Made by a program: the position numbers and the translations under genes. From a virus (taxonomy: Duplodnaviria; Caudoviricetes), in the IMG/VR virus record IMGVR_UViG_3300017909_003700, positions 1-25,260 of that record: a stretch of DNA of 25,260 nucleotides; one strand, given 5' to 3'. This document shows, piece by piece, positions 17,901-25,260 of the stretch (the stretch's first letter is position 1; each line of letters opens with the position of its first letter). Below the pieces are notes generated by a model that was not told where the DNA came from, made no database searches, and saw only the letters and a list, made by a program, of their open reading frames with translations.

Positions 17901-18338
17901 TCAGGAACATACAAATACTATATTAGAAGATTTCAAGCATCATCTGGCACAAAAACAAGTATGACTGTTAACGTTGGTAAAACACTAGTAAATTGGAACA
18001 GTACAAGCAGCGGAGTTGCAGTAGCGTTAATTTTAAAAAGTGGGACTAGTGCAGGAGGCAATACAAGCATATCGACTTGTAGATTATATGATCCTTCAGC
18101 AACAACAAGCAATTTAATTGAGGCTGGTGTTAGTGCAGATAATCACAAGAATCCATTCTCAAGTAATATAGATTTATATGGAAATACTGGAGGAAGTATT
18201 TCATCAACAACTTATACACTTCCATCAAGAAATGCAGATGGAATGTTTATAGATAATACAGACAATGAGCTGTATGTGATAATTAGATATAAAGGTGATC
18301 AGTCACCAGTAACATCAATAAACTTAAGCTACAGTTAG
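14916..18338 (+). CDS. Tail terminator / sheath stabiliser (T4 gp15-like) N-terminal domain fused to a long Ser/Thr-rich extension
   Basis: First about 245 aa: KVPIIYANPERW, PDYVELSYDFIVWT, QMN-like DHMNSIVEKI, FSLTLNGYL; then KSGGGSGG linker and about 860 aa of beta-rich low-charge sequence. Confidence 0.75.
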   Translation: MAEKPTIVENNRGRQISRLGDKTKSVSVGLMDMDSAIFYYFENVIKPYIEENGEQVKVPIIYANPERWAAVQKQGVIRDQKRKVMAPIIAFRRTGFAKDTTIPVDKIDPMDPKLHLHYESQYTRENRYDKLTALRGLTPKKEIFSVAVPDYVELSYDFIVWTNFTDHMNSIVEKINWSEGSYWGDPGKFRFRTKIDNYTDASEYEGTTRKIKTSFSLTLNGYLLPDEYPPTAVNTEKFITPKQIVMNDGTDVNISAISGVDDDGARTVTVINNIAKSGGGSGGAVQTLTIAPGQNMNFNNLEFNGGTAETLTINTSLTPTFTSLTVDGNVSASAGSTGSFGILLGDGSQLTGVTSGIFQPTGSTQATTNDIEVTGSAKINAAATSSTAIFTNNIQNGYPTSNQWGSNLEGSFFNNFDNTTHVSEILRFMAGVLSHSLDVADAQPNTKTYGSVTATYSDGSETSKSSLFNGVLGSTYENARLSNSWTASAFIDLSTTSSYREVLDYLQHKNWVQASDRGTNSNDVGTNPFHGSYAARIPSTITTQGTFSTFTHTLSANAAGTTAVSSNSNYFGLGGLTSGGPTEFKVRVIATQSFSDAYDDQTPDQNSTFTTSSKTDYTTSAFGTSGDGLILAKIDTAQPAVIPSAFQDGDFASVAGAVSGRKYTAGATSATNLSASGYYKYHDVKAGIATGSQTDYSFQAGSDSSTRFYIYTGGLPSDITTGAPTAVVDSAAVRTAFSATSRSLSGAPYLLTTSYSYEFNSEVSKSFDPGFGYGSSVLVNSKPTDTWSNIGSTSLSNATTTVNNSGVSSTGNNNYVIDNTYTTKRTSGQSPEIHDIAVASSSFSFSLSSNSTNVGQNRTANNTLNYSLKFRATGRNWKNSSVTSDSSTISFYDATLFGQNSDSGSMAVYSRAQGYDPTSVTSTQENFLGEDFRIVIADNVTAFNGAYFTTDSFQTNDEGDAVLGDYDLQVKPGSSTGYLVDPGGSYGYWFPENFGSGTYKYYIRRFQASSGTKTSMTVNVGKTLVNWNSTSSGVAVALILKSGTSAGGNTSISTCRLYDPSATTSNLIEAGVSADNHKNPFSSNIDLYGNTGGSISSTTYTLPSRNADGMFIDNTDNELYVIIRYKGDQSPVTSINLSYS

Positions 18339-18347
18339 AGGTAATTA

Positions 18348-19310
18348 ATGGCTTCATTAGACAAAGAGAAAAAATCGAATCGACTGCTAGGGTCAAGAAG
18401 ATATACACATGACGTCTTAAATGATTCACAAGAAGCATTTACAGAGGTACTCGATCTTAGATCATCTGAGATTTACACACAAGGACACTTAGTTCCAAAT
18501 ACTGGGCTACCGTTTAGTGGAAGTTCTTCAAATTTACAAGTGCATCAAGTTGAAGGTGCAAATGTAGTAAAATACTATTATAGGTGGAAGCTTACAAAAT
18601 CAAATTTAAACAATGAAGCTTGGTTCTTTTTAGACCCACAAGGAAGTGATTCTGGTGTAGGCGCACAGTTAATAGACTCAAATCAAAAAACAAATTTTAT
18701 ATCCCCTAAATACTCTGCTGTTACTTTGGCAAATGCAACAACTGAAGACAATACACCAGGCTATAATGTTGTAGTCTATAAATCAACAGCAACAGATACA
18801 AGCTCATTATCTGGAGGTGATATAGTTTCTGCTAACGATTATGTTTTTGATTATAAAACAGGTGTTTTACAATTTAATAGTTCAACAGTTGACCCGTCAG
18901 ACTCTCAGTATGTTTATATGACTGCTTACCAGTATGTAGGAAAAACATTAAGAACAGGTTTAGAAGTAGATGGTGATATAATTGCAAAAAATTATGTTGT
19001 ATCCTCATCTGTCTCATACATTACAACTTCTTTTAGTGAAGGTAATACAATGTTTGGAGACTCAATAGATGATACACACAGATTTACAGGTTCAGTATTT
19101 ATATCTGGATCTTTATCAGTAGAAGGGAGAACACTACTCGATAGTTTAAATGTTGATAGTGCTTCTCTTGTTGTCAGCGGTGCAATGAGAGTTGTAGATC
19201 AGCGAGTAGGAGATGCAGTAAAGAGCTCTTCACTGTTTGTAGAAAATTTAGGAACAATTGGAAATAAAGATCTTGCAGGTGTAATAGATTTAGGCGACGG
19301 ATTTCAGTAG
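18348..19310 (+). CDS. Putative virion structural / fibre-associated protein, 320 aa
   Basis: YVFDYKTGVLQF...AYQYVG segment; FGDSIDDTHRFTGS module shared with the 21718 ORF; GAGGT SD. Confidence 0.7.
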   Translation: MASLDKEKKSNRLLGSRRYTHDVLNDSQEAFTEVLDLRSSEIYTQGHLVPNTGLPFSGSSSNLQVHQVEGANVVKYYYRWKLTKSNLNNEAWFFLDPQGSDSGVGAQLIDSNQKTNFISPKYSAVTLANATTEDNTPGYNVVVYKSTATDTSSLSGGDIVSANDYVFDYKTGVLQFNSSTVDPSDSQYVYMTAYQYVGKTLRTGLEVDGDIIAKNYVVSSSVSYITTSFSEGNTMFGDSIDDTHRFTGSVFISGSLSVEGRTLLDSLNVDSASLVVSGAMRVVDQRVGDAVKSSSLFVENLGTIGNKDLAGVIDLGDGFQ

Positions 19311-19315
19311 TTCTC

Positions 19316-19330
19316 GATATTTATAAACGA
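19316..19330 (+). promoter_or_regulatory. Putative phage late promoter
   Basis: GATATTTATAAACGA, 14 of 15 identical to 13234-13248; intergenic. Confidence 0.62.
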
Positions 19331-19360
19331 AGACAAATGTCTTTTAAATAGGAAATAATA

Positions 19361-21478
19361 ATGGCACAGATTATAAAACATAGAAGAGGTACAGCGGCAC
19401 AGTTAAAAACTGTAACTCTACAAAAAGGAGAACTTGGTGTATCTACTGGTTCGGTATCAGGTTTAGAGACACCGATATTACACGTAGGTGATGGAGCAAA
19501 TGCAGCAGGTCATGTTGTAGGAAGACTCCACCAAGGTGCTACAGTTCCAACGCTTAACTCAGGTGACATAGGTTCATCTTTAAACAATTTATTATTTCAC
19601 GATTCTGCTACATATAAATTAGTAAGATTACATACAGACGGTAATGAGACACTAAACTTAACAGATAACGTAGCAGACTTTCCAATAACAGGTAGCTTAA
19701 TTACATCTGGAAATATAAGCGGTTCTGCAGTTTCAACAGGATCTTTTGGATACGTAAATGTAGCTGGAGACATATCTGCATCAGGTAATATACACGCCGT
19801 AGGAAACATAACATTTGAAGGCGGATCTGGTGGCACAATAACACTAGGTTCTGCAGCAGATGACAATGTTGTTTTTAGTGGCGATGTCAACTCAAATATT
19901 GTACCTAATACAGATAATACATTTGATTTAGGATCAACATCTCAACAGTGGAGAGACATATACGCAAAGGGTGTTATAAGTGGTTCAACAATTAGTGGTT
20001 CATTTTTTGGTAGTGGTGCAGGACTAACTGGTGTATCCGCGACAGGTTTAGATATTGACGGATTAGATGCAGGAACAGCTGTACACCAGACCGAAGACCA
20101 TTTGATATTTTCAGATAATGGAACTGAGAAAAAGATAACATTTAGTGATTTTGAAGACCAAATATTTTCTAATATAAATGCAGCTTCAACACATATAGCA
20201 ATTGCTGCAGGTGGTGCAATAACAATTGAAAATACACAAGTAACAGATGCAATGCTCAATGACGATGTTGCGGCAGGATTGGCTGGTGCTGGATCAACAG
20301 CTTCAAGCGGTGTAATAAACGTTATTGGCGGAGACGGTATCACAGTAGGCGCAAGTGAAGTTGAAGTAACTGTAGACAATGTAACTGTAGAATTGAGTGG
20401 TACTGACGGCTCAGGAGCAGTAAGAATAAAAGATGCAGGTGTAAATGAAAATAAATTAAACTCATCTGTTGCCGGTAACGGTTTGACAGGCGGTGGAGGA
20501 TCTGCACTCGCAGTTGGAGCCGGAACTGGTGTTACAGTAAATGCTAATGATATAGCAATAGGTCAGGATGTAGGTACAAGTGACAATGTAACATTTGCTA
20601 ATATAACTGCAACAGGTAATTTAGTAGTTGCAGGCTCTACGACTTATGTAAGCTCAAGCACTGTAGACATTGGCGACAATATCATAGTTCTAAATGCACT
20701 AAACGGTGTTAAAGACGGTGGTATACAAGTTATAGATGTAAGTGGTTCATCAACTGGAAGTAATCCGAATCCAACTGGTTCATTCTTATGGAATGCAGCA
20801 GATGATTATTGGTATTCCGGAATAAGTGGATCAACACACTACAGAATACCACAACAGGCTGCCGGCAGTAATTTAACAGATAATAAAATTTTAATATCAG
20901 ATGCAAATGGTAGAATAGAATCATCAGCAAATATAACTGATGATGGAACAACTGTAGACTTTAATGATGTCGATTTAACATCAGTTGATATGATTCAAGG
21001 TGTAGATGCAAATGTTCATATAGATCTTGGAACATCTGATTTAGTTGAAACAAAAGGTAATATTGTACCAAATACACACAACGAAGATGATTTAGGTTCA
21101 TCTTCAAAGAAATTTAAAGACTTTTACTTGGAAGGCAATGCTGATATCGAAGGAAATATAGATGTAAACGGTACATCAAATCTAGATAATACAGATATTG
21201 ACGGCACATTAGATGTATCTGGAATAGCAGACTTTCAGTCCGGAGTTGACCTTCAATCAGGAGTCACTGTAACAGGCTCAATATTCGTAGATTCAGGTGC
21301 AAGTGTTGAAGCTACAGGAAGTAGCGCAGGAAGTTATATAGCTTTCAGAAATCAGTCAAATACACAGTTAGGTTATTTAGCACCTACAATAGGCACAACA
21401 GTTATAAGTGGTGTTATTGGGTATAACGAAGACAAAGAACTAGCAATCAGTAATATTATTGATGGAGGTTCATTTTAG
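19361..21478 (+). CDS. Fibre-like virion protein, 705 aa, with Mtd-N-like N-terminus
   Basis: MAQIIKHRRGTAAQL...LQKGELG head; Gly/Ser/Thr/Asp-rich beta repeats; two NIVPNT.N..DLGS.S modules; C-terminal IDGGSF. Confidence 0.8.
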   Translation: MAQIIKHRRGTAAQLKTVTLQKGELGVSTGSVSGLETPILHVGDGANAAGHVVGRLHQGATVPTLNSGDIGSSLNNLLFHDSATYKLVRLHTDGNETLNLTDNVADFPITGSLITSGNISGSAVSTGSFGYVNVAGDISASGNIHAVGNITFEGGSGGTITLGSAADDNVVFSGDVNSNIVPNTDNTFDLGSTSQQWRDIYAKGVISGSTISGSFFGSGAGLTGVSATGLDIDGLDAGTAVHQTEDHLIFSDNGTEKKITFSDFEDQIFSNINAASTHIAIAAGGAITIENTQVTDAMLNDDVAAGLAGAGSTASSGVINVIGGDGITVGASEVEVTVDNVTVELSGTDGSGAVRIKDAGVNENKLNSSVAGNGLTGGGGSALAVGAGTGVTVNANDIAIGQDVGTSDNVTFANITATGNLVVAGSTTYVSSSTVDIGDNIIVLNALNGVKDGGIQVIDVSGSSTGSNPNPTGSFLWNAADDYWYSGISGSTHYRIPQQAAGSNLTDNKILISDANGRIESSANITDDGTTVDFNDVDLTSVDMIQGVDANVHIDLGTSDLVETKGNIVPNTHNEDDLGSSSKKFKDFYLEGNADIEGNIDVNGTSNLDNTDIDGTLDVSGIADFQSGVDLQSGVTVTGSIFVDSGASVEATGSSAGSYIAFRNQSNTQLGYLAPTIGTTVISGVIGYNEDKELAISNIIDGGSF

Positions 21479-21672
21479 TGGATAAAAAATTAAAGGGTAA
21501 AGTAAGAAGATGGATAAAGAAGACTGCTGAGCTAGGAAAAGAATTAGATCGTTTAAACGACGAATCAAAAAAGTCTTCTTTTTCACAAAGTCAAAGACAA
21601 CTAGAATTTGTACAAACAGACTATAGGCAATTTTTTAGTGCGGTGAAAAGACTTTATCAATTAGTAAAGTAA
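21478..21672 (+). CDS. Small basic helical hypothetical protein, 64 aa
   Basis: GTG overlaps the upstream TAG (TAGTG); GGAGGT upstream; amphipathic helix pattern. Confidence 0.65.
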   Translation: MDKKLKGKVRRWIKKTAELGKELDRLNDESKKSSFSQSQRQLEFVQTDYRQFFSAVKRLYQLVK

Positions 21673-21696
21673 GTTTATAAACTTGGGTATATACCC
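21671..21696. repeat. Two adjacent perfect palindromes
   Basis: AAGTTTATAAACTT (21671-21684) directly followed by GGGTATATACCC (21685-21696). Confidence 0.85.
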
Positions 21697-21717
21697 TATG
21701 AATAGGACCATTAGATA

Positions 21718-24700
21718 ATGGCGCAGATTATCAAATTAAGGCGTTCTGCTGTAGCAGGTAACGCTCCAACAACATCACAATTAGGCCTCGGTGAGTTAGC
21801 AATAAACACTGCTGACGGTAAAATTTATTTTGAAAAAAATGATGGCTCTGCGACCATTCAAGAAATTGTTACAACAGATTCACAGACAAATGGATCAATA
21901 GAAATATTAGGAAATATAAGTAGTTCATTAACATCAACAGCTTCATTTGGTGTAAGTCAAATCACAACTAAAGCCGCATTAGGTAGCGGAGCTAATCTAA
22001 ATCAAAACTACACATTCTTTGTAAAAGATAGCGTAGGAGATGAGAATACTTACGCTGGTTATTTTATGAACACTTGGAATAATGCTAATGGTGGTGGAAT
22101 ATATGTAAACAATTCTGGACCAGCTACAGCACAGGCAATAAACTCAAATGATACATTTATTGTAACAAAAGATGGTAGTGCTAGCGGTTCAGCAGCATCA
22201 ACAGGTTCATTTGGTGCATTAATAGGTGACGGTAGTCAAATAACGAATATTAACACTGGTCCTCAAGGACCGCAAGGTACTACAGGTTCTCAGGGACCAA
22301 CTGGTGTGCAAGGTTCAAACGGACCTCAAGGTGATCAAGGTGTGCAAGGTCCAAACGGACCTCAAGGAGCACAAGGTGTAACAGGACTACAAGGACCACA
22401 AGGTGATCAAGGCAATCAAGGTAATGTAGGACCACAAGGACCGACTGGTTCTCAAGGTCCTCAAGGTGTGCAAGGCCCTAATGGTCCTCAAGGAAACCAA
22501 GGTAATCAGGGAGTTCAAGGTCCGACAGGAACACAAGGACCAAATGGACCTCAAGGTCCAACTGGGCCTCAAGGTGTCCAAGGACCTACTGGTCCTCAAG
22601 GTAATCAAGGTAATGTAGGTTCTCAAGGCCCGACTGGTGTTCAAGGACCTGAAGGAAACTTTGGTGGTGCAACATTTGCATATGAATTTAATACAGATAC
22701 TAATGATACAAGTCCTCCAGATGGTGATGTAAAATTTAATAATTCGACACAAAATGCTTCATCAAAAATTTATATTAGTGACACTGATAAATTTGGTGAA
22801 GATATATCAAATTATTTAGTAACAATAGATGACTCTACTTCTACTATAAAAGGTCACGTTAAAATTTCAAACAGACAAGATGCAAGCCAGTTCATATTAG
22901 GAACAATATCTGCACAGACTGATGCAGCATCATACCACAAAATAGACATAGCTGTAGTTCAGTCTTCAACAAACAGTCCATTCTCACAGAACGAAGAAGT
23001 AGTAGTAACATTTGCAAGAACTGGAGATAAAGGAACAACAGGATCTCAAGGACCAACTGGAGTACAGGGACCTGATGGAAATATCGGAGCCACAGGACCT
23101 CAAGGGCCACAAGGTGGTCAGGGTAATCAAGGTGTACAAGGACCTCAAGGCGTTCAAGGACCAAATGGACCTCAAGGTGATCAAGGAAACCAAGGTGTTC
23201 AAGGTCCGACAGGAACGCAAGGACCAACAGGCTCACAAGGTCCAACTGGGCCTCAAGGCGTCCAAGGACCAACAGGACCGCAAGGCGTCCAAGGACCAAC
23301 TGGACCGACAGGACCTCAAGGGCCAACTGGACCTCAAGGACTTCAAGGTAACACTGGTTCTCAAGGCCCAACAGGACCTCAAGGTAACCAAGGTAATCAA
23401 GGAAACCAGGGTAACCAGGGAGTTCAAGGACCAACTGGTGTTCAAGGACCAACAGGTCCACAAGGTGTGCAAGGTCCAACAGGACCGCAAGGCGTGCAAG
23501 GACCTACAGGTCCACAAGGAGTTCAAGGCCCAACAGGTCCGCAAGGTGTTCAGGGGCCACAAGGTGTGCAAGGACCGACTGGTCCACAAGGTGCTCAAGG
23601 ACCGCAAGGATTATTATCACTAGCTAACGACGGTGTAAACAGAGTTATAACTGCTGATGGTGATACAACAGGAACAGCAGAAGAAAATCTAACTTTTGAT
23701 GGAACAACACTAAACGTTACAGGTGACGGTGTATTTAGTGGAACACTTACAGCAAATAAAATTGTTTCAAACGTAGTAAGTCAATCTATATCGTTTGCAA
23801 CAAGTTCTAATCAATTTGGTGATTCATCAGATGATGTGCATGAATTTACAGGTTCTTTAAACGCACAGTCAGGATCTTTTACTAGACTGTTTACATCAGG
23901 CAATACACGAGTAGAAGGAAAACTCGGTGTAGGTGTTGAACCAGGTATTTATCACTTAAATGTGCAAGGTGATATTTTTGCAAATGATGACATATACTTT
24001 GGTGGAAATATAAGTGGATCAGAAACTACTACTGGATCATTAGCAAGACTACAAACAGATGAAATTACTGGTGAAGGTGGTCTAGGTAATATTTTAATAA
24101 AAACATCTGCGAATACAAATACTCTAAAATTTGATCCAGCTAATTCTGGATTTTCAGCCAATACAAATCTTTATTTAGGTGCAAGTAATGGAAATAATTC
24201 TGTAGTTGTAAGTGCTGGTGCTGGTACTAATCCTAAGCTTTCTAAAAATGGTGGTGGTGAGATTGAATTTGGAAGTGATATAAGTGGTTCATCAGCTACA
24301 ACTGCATCATTCGGACACATTATTGTAAATGGTGGAAACATAACTGGAGCAGATGATACTTCTTGGAGTGATGGTACAGCAACACTAATAAGCGGTTCAT
24401 TAGTTTCAACTGGTTCTTTTGGTAAATTAGCATTAGATTCTGGTACAATAACAACTACAGGTGATATAACACTAGACTCAGGTGGTGATATAATTTTAGA
24501 TGCAGATGGTACTGATATTATACTAAAAGATGATGGTACTGCATTTGGTAGTTTTAAAAGAGTATCTTCTGATTTTGTTATTAAAGCAGAGGCACAAGAT
24601 AAAGATATAGTATTTAAAGGTAATGATGGTGGCGGAACAATAACCGCAATGACAATAGATATGTCTGAGGGTGGCAATGTCGGCATCGGCACCACAAGTC

Positions 24701-25260
24701 CTGGTAAGTTATTAACTTTATCAGCTGATGTAAGTGGTGAAACTCAACAGCTACTGATAGTAAATAAAAATGATACTGATGGAGATACTTCCGGTATATT
24801 ATTTGGTGTGTTGGATGATGCTACATATGCTAAAGCTGGCATATTTTTTGAAAGAACAACAAGTCAAGGAAGAGGTTCTCTACATTTTGCTACAGATAGT
24901 GCCACAGATAGTGGTCATGCTGTAAAAGCAAACGCTAGAATGACCATTACTCAAGCAGGTAATGTCGGCATCGGCACAACAAGTCCTGGTGCTAAGTTAG
25001 AAGTAATAGGTAATATAAGTGGTTCATCAACTTCAACTGGTTCGTTTGGTAGAGCTGAGATATACGGTGATGCTTTAATTTATAATGTAAATGGTCCTAC
25101 TCTAAAATTTGATAGTGATGCTCATGGGGATAACAAAACAATTGATTTTAAGGGTGTCCATAGAATACGGTCAAATGGAAATACTGGATTTTTTGACATT
25201 GAAGCTGGTTATGCTGGAAGTGGTCATGAAGTAAGAATAAAATCTGATACTACGATAATG
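21718..25260 (+). CDS. Collagen-like fibre protein, at least 1181 aa, 3'-truncated (absent from the ORF track)
   Basis: Translated by hand from ATG 21718 ([38 protein letters not shown]...) to the window end with no stop; two Gly-X-Y tracts, STGSFG modules and [11 protein letters not shown] repeats. Confidence 0.92.
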   Translation, partial: MAQIIKLRRSAVAGNAPTTSQLGLGELAINTADGKIYFEKNDGSATIQEIVTTDSQTNGSIEILGNISSSLTSTASFGVSQITTKAALGSGANLNQNYTFFVKDSVGDENTYAGYFMNTWNNANGGGIYVNNSGPATAQAINSNDTFIVTKDGSASGSAASTGSFGALIGDGSQITNINTGPQGPQGTTGSQGPTGVQGSNGPQGDQGVQGPNGPQGAQGVTGLQGPQGDQGNQGNVGPQGPTGSQGPQGVQGPNGPQGNQGNQGVQGPTGTQGPNGPQGPTGPQGVQGPTGPQGNQGNVGSQGPTGVQGPEGNFGGATFAYEFNTDTNDTSPPDGDVKFNNSTQNASSKIYISDTDKFGEDISNYLVTIDDSTSTIKGHVKISNRQDASQFILGTISAQTDAASYHKIDIAVVQSSTNSPFSQNEEVVVTFARTGDKGTTGSQGPTGVQGPDGNIGATGPQGPQGGQGNQGVQGPQGVQGPNGPQGDQGNQGVQGPTGTQGPTGSQGPTGPQGVQGPTGPQGVQGPTGPTGPQGPTGPQGLQGNTGSQGPTGPQGNQGNQGNQGNQGVQGPTGVQGPTGPQGVQGPTGPQGVQGPTGPQGVQGPTGPQGVQGPQGVQGPTGPQGAQGPQGLLSLANDGVNRVITADGDTTGTAEENLTFDGTTLNVTGDGVFSGTLTANKIVSNVVSQSISFATSSNQFGDSSDDVHEFTGSLNAQSGSFTRLFTSGNTRVEGKLGVGVEPGIYHLNVQGDIFANDDIYFGGNISGSETTTGSLARLQTDEITGEGGLGNILIKTSANTNTLKFDPANSGFSANTNLYLGASNGNNSVVVSAGAGTNPKLSKNGGGEIEFGSDISGSSATTASFGHIIVNGGNITGADDTSWSDGTATLISGSLVSTGSFGKLALDSGTITTTGDITLDSGGDIILDADGTDIILKDDGTAFGSFKRVSSDFVIKAEAQDKDIVFKGNDGGGTITAMTIDMSEGGNVGIGTTSPGKLLTLSADVSGETQQLLIVNKNDTDGDTSGILFGVLDDATYAKAGIFFERTTSQGRGSLHFATDSATDSGHAVKANARMTITQAGNVGIGTTSPGAKLEVIGNISGSSTSTGSFGRAEIYGDALIYNVNGPTLKFDSDAHGDNKTIDFKGVHRIRSNGNTGFFDIEAGYAGSGHEVRIKSDTTIM
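22258..22662 (+). repeat. Collagen Gly-X-Y tract 1 (45 uninterrupted triplets)
   Basis: [18 protein letters not shown] ... GPE GNF, counted by hand. Confidence 0.95.
23023..23607 (+). repeat. Collagen Gly-X-Y tract 2 (65 uninterrupted triplets)
   Basis: GDK GTT GSQ ... GAQ GPQ; includes higher-order (GPQ GVQ GPT)n units. Confidence 0.95.
24676..24990 (+). repeat. 30-nt direct repeat encoding [10 protein letters not shown]
   Basis: AATGTCGGCATCGGCACCACAAGTCCTGGT (24676-24705) versus AATGTCGGCATCGGCACAACAAGTCCTGGT (24961-24990), 29 of 30 identical. Confidence 0.93.

Noticed and set aside
299-20951. Other short minus-strand ORFs and nested plus-strand ORFs (9536-9736, 12225-12455)
   Set aside because: They overlap well-supported genes and show no recognisable motifs.
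22387-23623. Alternative-frame and antisense ORFs over the collagen tracts (for example 23012-23623 +, 22892-23479 -)
   Set aside because: Shadows of the 9-nt periodic Gly-X-Y repeats; the real frame is the long ORF from 21718.
24676-24990. Possible diversity-generating retroelement template/variable repeat or shufflon
   Set aside because: Only 30 nt with one synonymous mismatch, direct orientation, and no reverse transcriptase or invertase in the window.

Overview
AT-rich fragment of a large T4-like tailed phage (Caudoviricetes, probably myovirus). All credible genes lie on the + strand and read in the standard code. Order: truncated GH108-type endolysin, small disordered ORF, 1033-aa multidomain protein (HxGH-type plus ligase-type nucleotidyltransferase domains), Zn-finger protein, terminase large subunit (gp17-like), portal (gp20-like), two putative prohead proteins, prohead protease (gp21-like), putative internal head protein, ribosomal protein bS21, scaffold (gp22-like), major capsid protein (gp23-like), strong terminator, neck proteins (gp13/gp14-like), a gp15-like tail terminator fused to about 880 aa of extra sequence, and three fibre-like proteins. 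The last fibre gene (21718 to >25260, collagen-containing) is missing from the ORF track. Most notable: (1) the 1033-aa protein looks like a protease-cleavable polyprotein carrying two nucleotidyltransferases; (2) bS21 sits among Shine-Dalgarno-led late genes and directly before a leader with mutually exclusive hairpins covering the scaffold RBS; (3) an [S/T]-[G/A/S]-S motif is enriched in outer virion proteins, a candidate modification sequon; (4) DNA-level junction repeats occur in the fibre genes. All family calls come from motif recognition by eye; no database search was run.
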